Assembly (NCBI GenBank): GCA_020629675.1
Contig: JAHDCW010000001.1
Location: 1-49,885 of the forward strand
Length of the DNA: 49,885 bases
Source of the DNA: Minisyncoccota bacterium
GTDB taxonomy: Bacteria; Patescibacteriota; Minisyncoccia; Moranbacterales; GCA-2747515
Direction of reading: 5' to 3'
The notes under the pieces were generated by a model. The model saw nothing but the letters and a program-made list of their open reading frames with translations. It did not search any database and had not been told where the DNA came from. Position numbers and translations under genes: made by a program. This document shows positions 12,572 to 21,193 of the stretch, piece after piece (the stretch's first letter is position 1; each line of letters opens with the position of its first letter).

Positions 12572-12773
12572 AAAAATCGTCCGTAAAAATATAAATAAAT
12601 ACATTCTTACGGACGATTTCTAAAGATAAACCTCATTGAAACCGCGGTACCACCGCACTTGAAACAGCTTGTTTCCACTTGATTGTGCGCGTATCGTGCG
12701 CGACCGAGAGGTTCTACTAGCTATGTAAGCGTTCTTCCTCCAGCTCAGGAGTGATATCTCCATCGTTGCTTCT
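12572..12773 (-). ncRNA. T-box riboswitch, isoleucine-specific, ultrashort Stem I
   Basis: Stem I GGAG-AUAUCA-CUCC with AUC specifier (12755-12753); Stem II GAGG-AAGAAC...AGUAGAA-CCUC; Stem III GAAACA/UGUUUC; antiterminator GCGG-UGGUACC-GCGGUUUC...GAAAUCGU-CCGU; alternative 13-bp hairpin AAAUCGUCCGUAA/UUACGGACGAUUU. Confidence 0.92.
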
Positions 12774-12779
12774 GCTCAC

Positions 12780-12808
12780 AGATTAACATAAATCTTATTT
12801 TTTGCAAA
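12780..12808 (-). promoter_or_regulatory. Promoter of the T-box operon
   Basis: TTGCAA, 16 bp spacer, TAATCT preceded by TGn, directly upstream of Stem I. Confidence 0.6.
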
Positions 12809-12841
12809 AAAATTGCTACCTACATTTAAGTAGGTAGCAAT
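12806..12841 (-). terminator. Intrinsic terminator after the Nudix gene
   Basis: Perfect stem TTGCTACCTAC/GTAGGTAGCAA followed by T7 on the minus strand. Confidence 0.8.
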
Positions 12842-12954
12842 ATGTGAACTGATGTGATTTAAACACCTTCCGACCCTCCACCTCTCCACAATTGAGAACT
12901 TAGAGTGCCACTTACATAATATGTCCTGAAGCGGCTGAGGGTGTAAATTTTATA

Positions 12955-13401
12955 TCAGATAGCCTGCAATTTATCACGAAACTTCTCCATGTCTACGCGC
13001 GTAGCTTTTCCTAAAGGCTGAGGCAAATCATCAAGCGAACACCATCGAACCTCTGAAATCTTATCAGGCTCACCGATAGAAACCTCTGACGGATCAACTC
13101 TCAAGATATACAGCAAGCTAATCCAATGTGTGTCGCTCTCACCTTCATTACGAAAAACAGAACTAAAACCCAATTCCCCCTCTACTACAACATTGCGCAC
13201 GCAAATTTCTTCTTGCACCTCGCGTATAATTGCTTGAACTGGAGCCTCAAGCATCTCCAGCTCCCCACCTGGAATCTCCCACAAACCACGCCCATCCCTT
13301 GCTTTTGCGCCACGCTTTAGAAAAAGAAATTTACCTCTACCATCATGACACCATGCTGCCACACAAATACCTGGAAAATCAATGCCAGCCTTCTTACTCA
13401 T
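12955..13401 (-). CDS. Nudix hydrolase
   Basis: Nudix box WEIPGGELEMLEAPVQAIIREVQEEI. Confidence 0.9.
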   Translation of the reverse strand: MSKKAGIDFPGICVAAWCHDGRGKFLFLKRGAKARDGRGLWEIPGGELEMLEAPVQAIIREVQEEICVRNVVVEGELGFSSVFRNEGESDTHWISLLYILRVDPSEVSIGEPDKISEVRWCSLDDLPQPLGKATRVDMEKFRDKLQAI

Positions 13402-13481
13402 AAAATCCTCTCAATTTCTATCTATGAAGCATTACTGAAATAACAATCAGAAATAGCAAACTCGCCATCTCATGACCCCGA

Positions 13482-13518
13482 AGAATATCACAAATCTCAT
13501 TTTTTGCAAAAAAAATGC
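13482..13518 (-). repeat. 37-bp promoter-containing repeat, second copy (first copy 12780-12816)
   Basis: GCATTTTTTTTGCAAAAAATGAGATTTGTGATATTCT versus GCAATTTTTTTGCAAAAAATAAGATTTATGTTAATCT; 32/37 identical. Confidence 0.7.
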
Positions 13519-13543
13519 CAAACGTTAGTTGTAACGCTTGGCG
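13508..13543 (-). terminator. Intrinsic terminator after the ORFan 13551-14210
   Basis: GCCAA-CGTTA/TAACG-TTGGC stem followed by T8 on the minus strand. Confidence 0.7.
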
Positions 13544-13550
13544 TATAAGT

Positions 13551-14210
13551 TTAATTAAAGATATCAAGAACCCACGACAGGTTAGATTCGCAAGATCGTT
13601 CTTTTTGCTTTACATATTTCAGAAAGTGATGCGCTGTGAGATGATTTAATCTTCGATCAAAAACAACTACTTGAATGAGACCTTTTTTTACAATGGTCTT
13701 CTTATATTCAACAAGAGGATATTTCATCAACTTTAAAACAGGCGCAACCTCAAAGCCAAAAAATTTGAGAATATGTGACATTGCATTAGCTGGCATCTCT
13801 ATCGTTTTTTCCAGATAGATCTTTCTACCAGTTTTCCCAAGTTTCAAAGTTCCATCAAAACCAAAAATTTTTGCATCATCTATAATCTCCTCCAGAACCT
13901 GATATATTCTCAAATCCCTTCTTTGGCGAAGCTCAGTCTTACATCTGATATTGACATCTTTTGATCTGGACACGCCCCCATAATAAATGTCTATAGCCTC
14001 TGCAACTTTTTGAGAAAGAACTTCTTCAGAAAATACAATATTTGGAAAGTGCACTACCCATGTCGGACGAAGTGAGTCCGAAAGAAGTCTGTGCAAGTCT
14101 TTTTTTTGTTGAGATTCATCAACAGTTAAATTTTGATCAAGCAAAGATTTCATTATGTCACGAATTGGAACGAAATCAGTCGTTGAAAATCTAAAGGATT
14201 CCTTGGACAC
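13551..14210 (-). CDS. AT-rich, basic hypothetical protein
   Basis: 219-aa ORF with GTG start, AAGGGG 6 nt upstream, and its own promoter and terminator. Confidence 0.65.
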   Translation of the reverse strand: MSKESFRFSTTDFVPIRDIMKSLLDQNLTVDESQQKKDLHRLLSDSLRPTWVVHFPNIVFSEEVLSQKVAEAIDIYYGGVSRSKDVNIRCKTELRQRRDLRIYQVLEEIIDDAKIFGFDGTLKLGKTGRKIYLEKTIEMPANAMSHILKFFGFEVAPVLKLMKYPLVEYKKTIVKKGLIQVVVFDRRLNHLTAHHFLKYVKQKERSCESNLSWVLDIFN

Positions 14211-14245
14211 TTTTAACCCCTTTTGTTAATTAAACAATTTTCATT

Positions 14246-14274
14246 ATTATGTCATATTTTTATTAATATGTCAA
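14246..14274 (-). promoter_or_regulatory. Sigma70-type promoter
   Basis: TTGACA (14274-14269), 17 bp spacer, CATAAT preceded by TGn. Confidence 0.7.
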
Positions 14275-14277
14275 TAT

Positions 14278-15972
14278 CTACATTTCTTTTGGCGCTGTAA
14301 TTCCAAGAAGGTCCAAACCATGCGCAAGCGTTTTGGCGACAGCCTGCGTCAACTGTGTGCGATATGCAGTTGCACCTAAATCTTTCTCATCAATAATTTT
14401 TTGATCATTGTAATATTTGTTGTAGACATGACAAAGTTCGAGTAGATACTGTGCTATCGCATGAGGTGCGATGTCTGTCGTCGCCCTGAGAACAGCCTCC
14501 TCATAGCTCATCAATTGCCACACCACACCATGACTTTTAGCATCGTAAATTTTTTCTGTATTGTCGATATCTAATTCACCCGCCTTTGTGACGATGCTCG
14601 AGCAGCGTGCATGCGTGTACTGTACATATGGCCCGCTATCCCCCTCAAAAGACAGTGCCTGCTCAGGGTCAAATACCATATTTTTACCTAGAGACACCTT
14701 AAGAATCGCAAACTTGAGTGCACCAATAGCGACTGCGTCGATATCTACTTCTCCACGTGAGTTTTCGTTGGCTGCAATTTTTTCTCGTGTCGACTCTACA
14801 ACGCCTTCGATGATGTCTTCTGCGAGCGGGACATTACCAAGTCGTGAAGAAATCTTAATGCCTTTAAGTGTAAGGCGTCCGTGCATGACATGCTTCATTT
14901 TTTCCTCCCACGCAGGTGTGATCATGCCCGCAGCTTTACGTACCACCTGAAAATATGGTCCTTGTTCATGATCTGTCACGGTAATAGAGAGATCAGGCTT
15001 GTATGTCTCCCACTTTTTTGAGAGCAGCCCGATATCCTTGGCCTCATACGTAGGGAAACCTTCTTTATTTAGGAAAACTCGTGTATGCAGATCATGCGCC
15101 TCCCCATCAAAGATCACTGCACCCTGACTTTCCTCAAACACGCTGCCAATATTAGCACGTACGATTTCTTTACCGCTTGTACCAGCTTCACTCTCAAATA
15201 TATACCCATCGAAACGTGATCCTAGTCGGGTTACCACTTTTTCAAAATACGCGATATTGAGAGCACGCCCTTTTTGATAGACATCATAGTATGGACTGGT
15301 TGCATCGTGATTGTAGAGAGCCGCTACGATCCTGCGGATCTCCTGTTCGACATCAGGATTGTCATCATAACTCTGCACACCATACGCATAAGCTGCTCCA
15401 GCATCACGCATCTTGTCCTCGAGACTCATATCGCTATCAAGTGTCTCTGGAAACTTTTGCACCATACCCCATACCGCCTTAGCGATACCAAGTGAAACAT
15501 CAGACGGATAAGAAAGAGCTCTGACATCACCGTGGATCGCTTTCATCAGACGCGCCACACTCTCTCCCACAGTATTATTCACCAAGTGACCAATATGAAA
15601 AGGTTTAAATAAGTTTGGACTGGAATGCTCTACAAGGACCGTCTGCGTTGTCAAAGCTGCATCTAGATCAATTACACCATCCGCCTTTTGTGACACAGCT
15701 TCCATGTAATCATTTTCAGTAAGCGTGAAATTAAGATAGGGACCTGCAGCTTCTGCAACAAAAGAAGAATCCACAAAAGACTCTGCTAATTTATGCGCCA
15801 CCTCCACCGGTGACACGCCATATTCTTTAGCAACCACAAAAGCAATCGCTGACGTAAAATCACCCTTATCCGCATCCTTTGGTGTGGTGATTTCAATTTT
15901 CTCAGCATCGATTTTTGGATAAATCCCACCTACAATCTGCGTCAGACTTTGTTCTATTTCTTTTACTATCAT
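14278..15972 (-). CDS. argS: Arginine--tRNA ligase (start probably 15972)
   Basis: EHSSPNLFKPFHIGH, KISSRLGN, GDSGPYVQYTHAR and C-terminal LGITAPKEM; ATGA overlap with the upstream glycosyltransferase. Confidence 0.95.
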   Translation of the reverse strand: MIVKEIEQSLTQIVGGIYPKIDAEKIEITTPKDADKGDFTSAIAFVVAKEYGVSPVEVAHKLAESFVDSSFVAEAAGPYLNFTLTENDYMEAVSQKADGVIDLDAALTTQTVLVEHSSPNLFKPFHIGHLVNNTVGESVARLMKAIHGDVRALSYPSDVSLGIAKAVWGMVQKFPETLDSDMSLEDKMRDAGAAYAYGVQSYDDNPDVEQEIRRIVAALYNHDATSPYYDVYQKGRALNIAYFEKVVTRLGSRFDGYIFESEAGTSGKEIVRANIGSVFEESQGAVIFDGEAHDLHTRVFLNKEGFPTYEAKDIGLLSKKWETYKPDLSITVTDHEQGPYFQVVRKAAGMITPAWEEKMKHVMHGRLTLKGIKISSRLGNVPLAEDIIEGVVESTREKIAANENSRGEVDIDAVAIGALKFAILKVSLGKNMVFDPEQALSFEGDSGPYVQYTHARCSSIVTKAGELDIDNTEKIYDAKSHGVVWQLMSYEEAVLRATTDIAPHAIAQYLLELCHVYNKYYNDQKIIDEKDLGATAYRTQLTQAVAKTLAHGLDLLGITAPKEM

Positions 15973-17144
15973 AATGACGATCTTAGTTCTGCTATTTTTT
16001 TCATAATTGTACGTGCTGCGTGCGACCATGTGTAGCGCTCAACGTGTTTTTGTCGCATCACACGATCCTCATCTGTCTGTGGCGACAAGATCGCATCACG
16101 CATAACATCAGCAATTTTACGAGCATCACGCATATCAACTATAATAATTCCTTCATCTACCATCTCATGCGCCACACTGTCATGATGGACGATGCATGAC
16201 GTCCCGCTCGCCAAGGACTCAAGTGGTACCATGCCATATCGCTCATATGTCGTCGGCACAACACAAAGCTCTGCATACCGATAAAGTGCAGCAAGATCCT
16301 CTCCCGTCACGTAGCCCGCAAATTTTACGTCATCACGGACATCCAAGTCTTTCATAAAATTCTTAATCTCTCCTGCCTTATAACCATCAGCACCTACGAT
16401 CAAGAGCTGATAATCACTATGATCTCGATCACGCGCAGTGCGGCGCTCCTGCTGAAAAATACCAAATGCTTGCACGAAACGCGTCAGGTTCTTAGCTGGC
16501 TCGATTGTACCCACCCATAAAATGAGTTTTTTCTTAATACCAAAGCGCGCTGCTGCATACTTATCCTGACTATGCACTTCCGTAAAAAACCTCTTATCCA
16601 CACCTGGTCGCAACACTGTTATTTTTTTTGGATCAACGCGGAAAAGATCTATCATACTCATCCGTGCCTCCTCTCCGGGAACATAAAGATGTCGCGCTCT
16701 TCGCACATTGACTTGCATAATCGTTTTTTGTTTTCGATTGAGAACAGATGGATAGCAGGCCGCACTTTCGTAGAGATCAGCGTGCGCGCATATCGCCACA
16801 AAAGGGATTCTGCAGCGCAATGGGACACGCACTGTAATATCAGGCACAAATAAAATATCAATCTCAGATCTTTTCAAGGTATTTGTGACCACCAACTCAT
16901 TAAATAGCCATGGGAAGATTCCTCCAACAAAAGCATATGGTAACTCCACCACCTCTACCCGTGTAAAAGCATGAAGAAAATAAAGGTCTTTACGTCGCAC
17001 TTTGTGATCCACAAAAACAGAAAAGTGCGCATCAGGGTGCTCAGCGATCATTTTTTTAGTGACTTGTAATACAAAATGCCCCGTACCAATCGCTGAGCGA
17101 TAACGAGGTGACAAAAGCGCTCGCAAATCAATCCCTACATGCAT
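15969..17144 (-). CDS. Glycosyltransferase family 4 (GT-B fold)
   Basis: VGTIEPAKN, L..LY..A, ERYGMVPLESLASG and YTW...A motifs. Confidence 0.88.
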   Translation of the reverse strand: MHVGIDLRALLSPRYRSAIGTGHFVLQVTKKMIAEHPDAHFSVFVDHKVRRKDLYFLHAFTRVEVVELPYAFVGGIFPWLFNELVVTNTLKRSEIDILFVPDITVRVPLRCRIPFVAICAHADLYESAACYPSVLNRKQKTIMQVNVRRARHLYVPGEEARMSMIDLFRVDPKKITVLRPGVDKRFFTEVHSQDKYAAARFGIKKKLILWVGTIEPAKNLTRFVQAFGIFQQERRTARDRDHSDYQLLIVGADGYKAGEIKNFMKDLDVRDDVKFAGYVTGEDLAALYRYAELCVVPTTYERYGMVPLESLASGTSCIVHHDSVAHEMVDEGIIIVDMRDARKIADVMRDAILSPQTDEDRVMRQKHVERYTWSHAARTIMKKIAELRSSL

Positions 17145-17179
17145 AGAAGCAAAAATTTAAAAAATTTCAATAGCACTTG

Positions 17180-17209
17180 ATTATACAAAACAATCCTACA
17201 CACTGTCAA
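17180..17209 (-). promoter_or_regulatory. Sigma70-type promoter for the GT4-argS pair
   Basis: TTGACA (17209-17204), 18 bp spacer, TATAAT (17185-17180). Confidence 0.65.
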
Positions 17210-17255
17210 AAAGTGCTGCGATCACATAGCTATTATATCACCCTCCACCAGAAAC

Positions 17256-17291
17256 AAAAAAGCAAAGCTTAGTACAGCTTTGCTTTTTTTT
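17256..17291. terminator. Intrinsic terminator
   Basis: AAAAAAGCAAAGCT/AGCTTTGCTTTTTT inverted repeat just after the stop at 17309. Confidence 0.8.
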
Positions 17292-17308
17292 GAGTGCTGC
17301 GTGTGGAT

Positions 17309-20300
17309 CTATGGAGTTACCTCTCCAAATGATCCTCCACTACAATCAGCGTTTGTAGAACACTCACTCACACATGCTCCCGAAGACGCTGAGGAAGCAA
17401 TTACAGGAGCCGCTACACACGCACCGCCTGCGCTACATTTTCGTGCAGTACATACACACGTCACCTTGTGATCCACTGTTGTGCCATCACATGTAATCTG
17501 AGCGATATCACCATTGTTATTGTGCTCAACTTCATAGTCGATACCACTATCAATCAATTCCTCAATTGTGTATGAATCTCCATTAACGTCACAGGTTACG
17601 ACCCCTGCCGGTGGTCGACAGTTGTCCTCAAGTGCTACCCGCAAATTGACCGGGATAGGATTCCCCTCTTGATCAAAGGTTGTTTGCACAGCGCCTTGGA
17701 TTGTCATGCGCTTACATTCACCTCCACAAGCAACTTCATCTGCAGCACATTGAGCCTGTGCAACACAATTTGCAACATTTGTGCCTGATGTGCAAGTCCA
17801 ATTCCAATCAATACCGTTCTGCGTTACTAAGGAAGGGCTTCCAGTTGTACAGAGCTGCGTTGGTTGCGTGTTAATCAGTACACGACCATTATCAGATCCA
17901 CAAACTGCATTTGGAATCGCCTGTGTTTGACATGTAGCGCTACAGCCATCTCCATCAACTGCATTGCCGTCATCGCACTGCTCGCCAAACTCTATAGTTC
18001 CGTTTCCGCATACAGGAATTGCCTGTGTCTGGCATGTAGCACTGCAACCATCGCCATCCTGCGTATTACCATCATCACACTGCTCCCCAGTTTCTACAGT
18101 TCCGTTTCCGCATACAGCACCTGCAGGCTCACTACCACAAGTAGCACTACAGCCGTCACCACTCTGGTTATTACCATCATCGCACTGCTCTCCTGATTCT
18201 ACAGTTCCGTTTCCGCACACTGGACTTACAGGCACTATGCGACATGTACTACTACAACCATCACCATTTTGAGTATTACCATCATCGCACTGCTCTCCTG
18301 ATTCTACAGTTCCGTTTCCGCACACTGGATTATTTCGTTCTACCTGACAAGTTGTACTACAACCATCACCACTTCGTGTATTTCCATCATCACATTGTTC
18401 ACCTGACTCTACAGTGCCATTTCCACAAACTGGAGTTGGGACACTTCGATTGGCTCGACACGAACTGTTTGAACCACCATTTTCACCTTGACATGTCCAT
18501 GTCCATGGACCGCTTCCATTCACTCCTGATGCACCACCTTGCGCACAGAGACCTGATGTTGGTCGCGTATCATATGTACCATTATGGCTTGAGCCGCACT
18601 GACCATCCACTCTTTGCGGTGGGATTGGTGCGCGACAAACACTGTTTGAGCCACCATTTTGTCCATAACAAGTCCAGACGTACTCACCATTACGCTGTGC
18701 GACGGATGAATTACCCCCTCGGCTTGTACATGGATTATTTATATTTGACCCGCATGATCCATTTTCTGGAACAAGTCGCGTGGCACTACAGCTAGCATTA
18801 GAGCCACCATTTTGTCCTTGGCATGTCCACGTGTAAGAATTACTAGACGTTCGCTGACTTGAAAGCGATCCCTCTGAGCAGTTATTACGATTTGGGAAAG
18901 AAGAATAGCTTCCTCTATTTGCTGAACCACAACGTCCATTTACAGGTGCTGGCTTGTTTGCAGAACATTGGACAGTACTTCCACCGTTTTCACCAGTACA
19001 CTGCCATCGCCATTGTGTGCTTGTGTCACTACGATCACTAAAGTTTCCACCTGAGCATCGTGTAGACGATGAAGGAAATGAGCTCGTCGTAGTTCCATTT
19101 GCTGATCCACAACGTCCATTTACAGGAGGAAGAGCTCTATTTACGTAACAACCCCCATCCCAGACACCGTTCGTGCCTTCACACTCCCATGTCCATCGAT
19201 TGCTACTAAAGCGAGCATTCCGTACTGTTCCTCCATTCGTACACTTTTGACTATTTGTAGGCTCACTTGTTACCGTACCTCCTCGATAGCCACAATTACT
19301 TGGCTGTCCGCAAGAAGTTACTGTGTAATTATCGCGGCGAATATTTGTTGGGTTCCATCCACTCCAGTTACACTTTGCACTATGCTGCACGCGCATCTCA
19401 AAGGAGTTATTCCCTTGAGATGAATTACTCAGGTTTGCAGAAAAATTACGACGCGTTGTTCCATTGGCTGTAAAGTTAGCAACTTGACCACCATCAACAT
19501 ACACCCTTGAACAAGCATTCGGCTCATCCCAAGGGTTTCCACAGTTACTATTTGTAACTGTTCCAGACACTGTAGGCTGACAGCGATTATCATTAATGTT
19601 GTAATTTACCTCAGTATATTCACCTGTTGCTGCATCGTGTACAGCACGAAGTGTTACCGCGTCAGCACTTGCAGCCATGCCCATCAAACCAACACCTGTT
19701 ACTGCTGCTAAAGCCCAGACACTTACAGAACCCTTCCCCTTGCGCGCTACTAGAACAAGCAAAGCGATCACAAGAAACAACACTATAAATCCTAATACCA
19801 TACTATTAATTCCACTGTTATTCTCCCCTGCTGATGTACTAACATTGCCCTGATATGCCTCCTTAGCGTCTACATTCGCTCCATAAGCTATTGTCTGTGA
19901 CTGCGCAAGAACCACTCCTTCAGCACCCTCGATTACGACATCAACTATTGGATTTGGACATTTTACTGTCACCGGCATCTGAAGTGTGAAGAATTCACCA
20001 TTATCAAGGCCTTGTCCGACCTGCGTCGTCACTGGATCTGCACAATTTCGACCATTACTTTCAAGTGAAACTGTAGCATTATAGAAAAATGTATTTCGAT
20101 CTTCAGCAACTATATCTCCAATTTCTGCGCGGGCCTCTGTCCCAAAAAAGTCTGCCTGTGAACCAAGTAGAAGTGTAACATTTGCAAGGTCACCTTTAGC
20201 GTATTCATGGCGGTCAATTTGTACATTTTTAATTGTTGCAGACTCACCTTGGATGACTACACGTGCAATCACAGGATTTGATGAGATTTCCTTATTGTCA

Positions 20301-21088
20301 GGATTTACAAGCACAAAATAAACGTCGTACGCCTGAGCTTTATCAATTTCAGGCACAGGAATCTGTACACGCTCTGTGGCACCTGCTGCTATCTCACGCA
20401 TAGAAAAGTCAGCTGTCGCAGCTTGTGGACCTGCAAGTGAACGCTCATAAGCTGTTGCTCGTGGGATATAAGCTTGCGGGCTACCAAGATCATTAAGGAT
20501 TGCGCAATCAAGCACAACAGTCTCGTTTGGTGTCACGTCCACACCTTGAACCAATGTTGATGTCTCGCCAGCTTCACCCACTAAGAGCTGACAGGTTTCC
20601 ACATCAATAAAAAGTGATCCCGGCTCAGCTTCAAGTGTAAATGTCTCTATACTATCTGTTTGAGAGAAAATATATCCATTTGTATTGGCGATGATTCCAC
20701 CTACACCAATCTCACCTTTATAGGATGCTGGTACAGGGTATACCATACTCTTTACGACTAACTCGCCAGGCTTTAGTGAAAAAACCTCATCAAAGAATAG
20801 CGTGTCACTAACACCACCCTCTTTGAAAAGCTGTGCACCATATCTAATGTTTGACTCGACCTTGTCACCATTATTTTCAATTTCCAAAACAACTGTAAGA
20901 TCACGATTATCTCGCGATGCTACGGATGCCTTAGGAATGTTAAGCTCTGATACAATCTCGAAATCCAATGAGACATCCGCCTCTGGACTAAGTGCATCAA
21001 GGGCTTGTTGTTCCGTTTGTGCATGCGCTGCAGGTGTTGTCAAAAACACAAATGCAAAGCATAAAACGAAGTACATTACTCGCGCCAT
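17309..21088 (-). CDS. Large secreted/membrane Cys-rich repeat protein (Ig-like N-half; C-half with six CG...WTC repeats and five DUF4215 Myxococcus Cys-rich repeats)
   Basis: Signal peptide ending AHA; two internal hydrophobic segments; repeats NGxCGS...WTWTCxGxNGG and [16 protein letters not shown]...DGCS. Confidence 0.85.
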   Translation of the reverse strand: MARVMYFVLCFAFVFLTTPAAHAQTEQQALDALSPEADVSLDFEIVSELNIPKASVASRDNRDLTVVLEIENNGDKVESNIRYGAQLFKEGGVSDTLFFDEVFSLKPGELVVKSMVYPVPASYKGEIGVGGIIANTNGYIFSQTDSIETFTLEAEPGSLFIDVETCQLLVGEAGETSTLVQGVDVTPNETVVLDCAILNDLGSPQAYIPRATAYERSLAGPQAATADFSMREIAAGATERVQIPVPEIDKAQAYDVYFVLVNPDNKEISSNPVIARVVIQGESATIKNVQIDRHEYAKGDLANVTLLLGSQADFFGTEARAEIGDIVAEDRNTFFYNATVSLESNGRNCADPVTTQVGQGLDNGEFFTLQMPVTVKCPNPIVDVVIEGAEGVVLAQSQTIAYGANVDAKEAYQGNVSTSAGENNSGINSMVLGFIVLFLVIALLVLVARKGKGSVSVWALAAVTGVGLMGMAASADAVTLRAVHDAATGEYTEVNYNINDNRCQPTVSGTVTNSNCGNPWDEPNACSRVYVDGGQVANFTANGTTRRNFSANLSNSSQGNNSFEMRVQHSAKCNWSGWNPTNIRRDNYTVTSCGQPSNCGYRGGTVTSEPTNSQKCTNGGTVRNARFSSNRWTWECEGTNGVWDGGCYVNRALPPVNGRCGSANGTTTSSFPSSSTRCSGGNFSDRSDTSTQWRWQCTGENGGSTVQCSANKPAPVNGRCGSANRGSYSSFPNRNNCSEGSLSSQRTSSNSYTWTCQGQNGGSNASCSATRLVPENGSCGSNINNPCTSRGGNSSVAQRNGEYVWTCYGQNGGSNSVCRAPIPPQRVDGQCGSSHNGTYDTRPTSGLCAQGGASGVNGSGPWTWTCQGENGGSNSSCRANRSVPTPVCGNGTVESGEQCDDGNTRSGDGCSTTCQVERNNPVCGNGTVESGEQCDDGNTQNGDGCSSTCRIVPVSPVCGNGTVESGEQCDDGNNQSGDGCSATCGSEPAGAVCGNGTVETGEQCDDGNTQDGDGCSATCQTQAIPVCGNGTIEFGEQCDDGNAVDGDGCSATCQTQAIPNAVCGSDNGRVLINTQPTQLCTTGSPSLVTQNGIDWNWTCTSGTNVANCVAQAQCAADEVACGGECKRMTIQGAVQTTFDQEGNPIPVNLRVALEDNCRPPAGVVTCDVNGDSYTIEELIDSGIDYEVEHNNNGDIAQITCDGTTVDHKVTCVCTARKCSAGGACVAAPVIASSASSGACVSECSTNADCSGGSFGEVTP
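17930..18435 (-). repeat. Five tandem DUF4215-type Cys-rich coding repeats
   Basis: VCGNGT(V/I)[21 protein letters not shown] occurs five times, with recurrent DNA such as ACAGTTCCGTTTCCGCA. Boundaries approximate. Confidence 0.85.
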
Positions 21089-21152
21089 AGTTTTAATTAA
21101 TTTTTTACTTTACTTTATTATATAACAACTCTTTAATTTCACGGCATTTCTC

Positions 21153-21161
21153 TGTGGATAA
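21153..21161 (-). promoter_or_regulatory. DnaA-box consensus upstream of the Cys-rich protein gene
   Basis: TGTGGATAA on plus (TTATCCACA on minus), 65 bp upstream of ATG 21088; TATAAT at 21122-21117. Confidence 0.55.
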
Positions 21162-21193
21162 TTAAGATAAAGTGTAGGAAAAATTTAAAAACC

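Noticed and set aside
17930..18435. Regularly spaced DNA repeats resembling a CRISPR array
   Set aside because: In-frame coding repeats with related intervening sequence; no cas genes.
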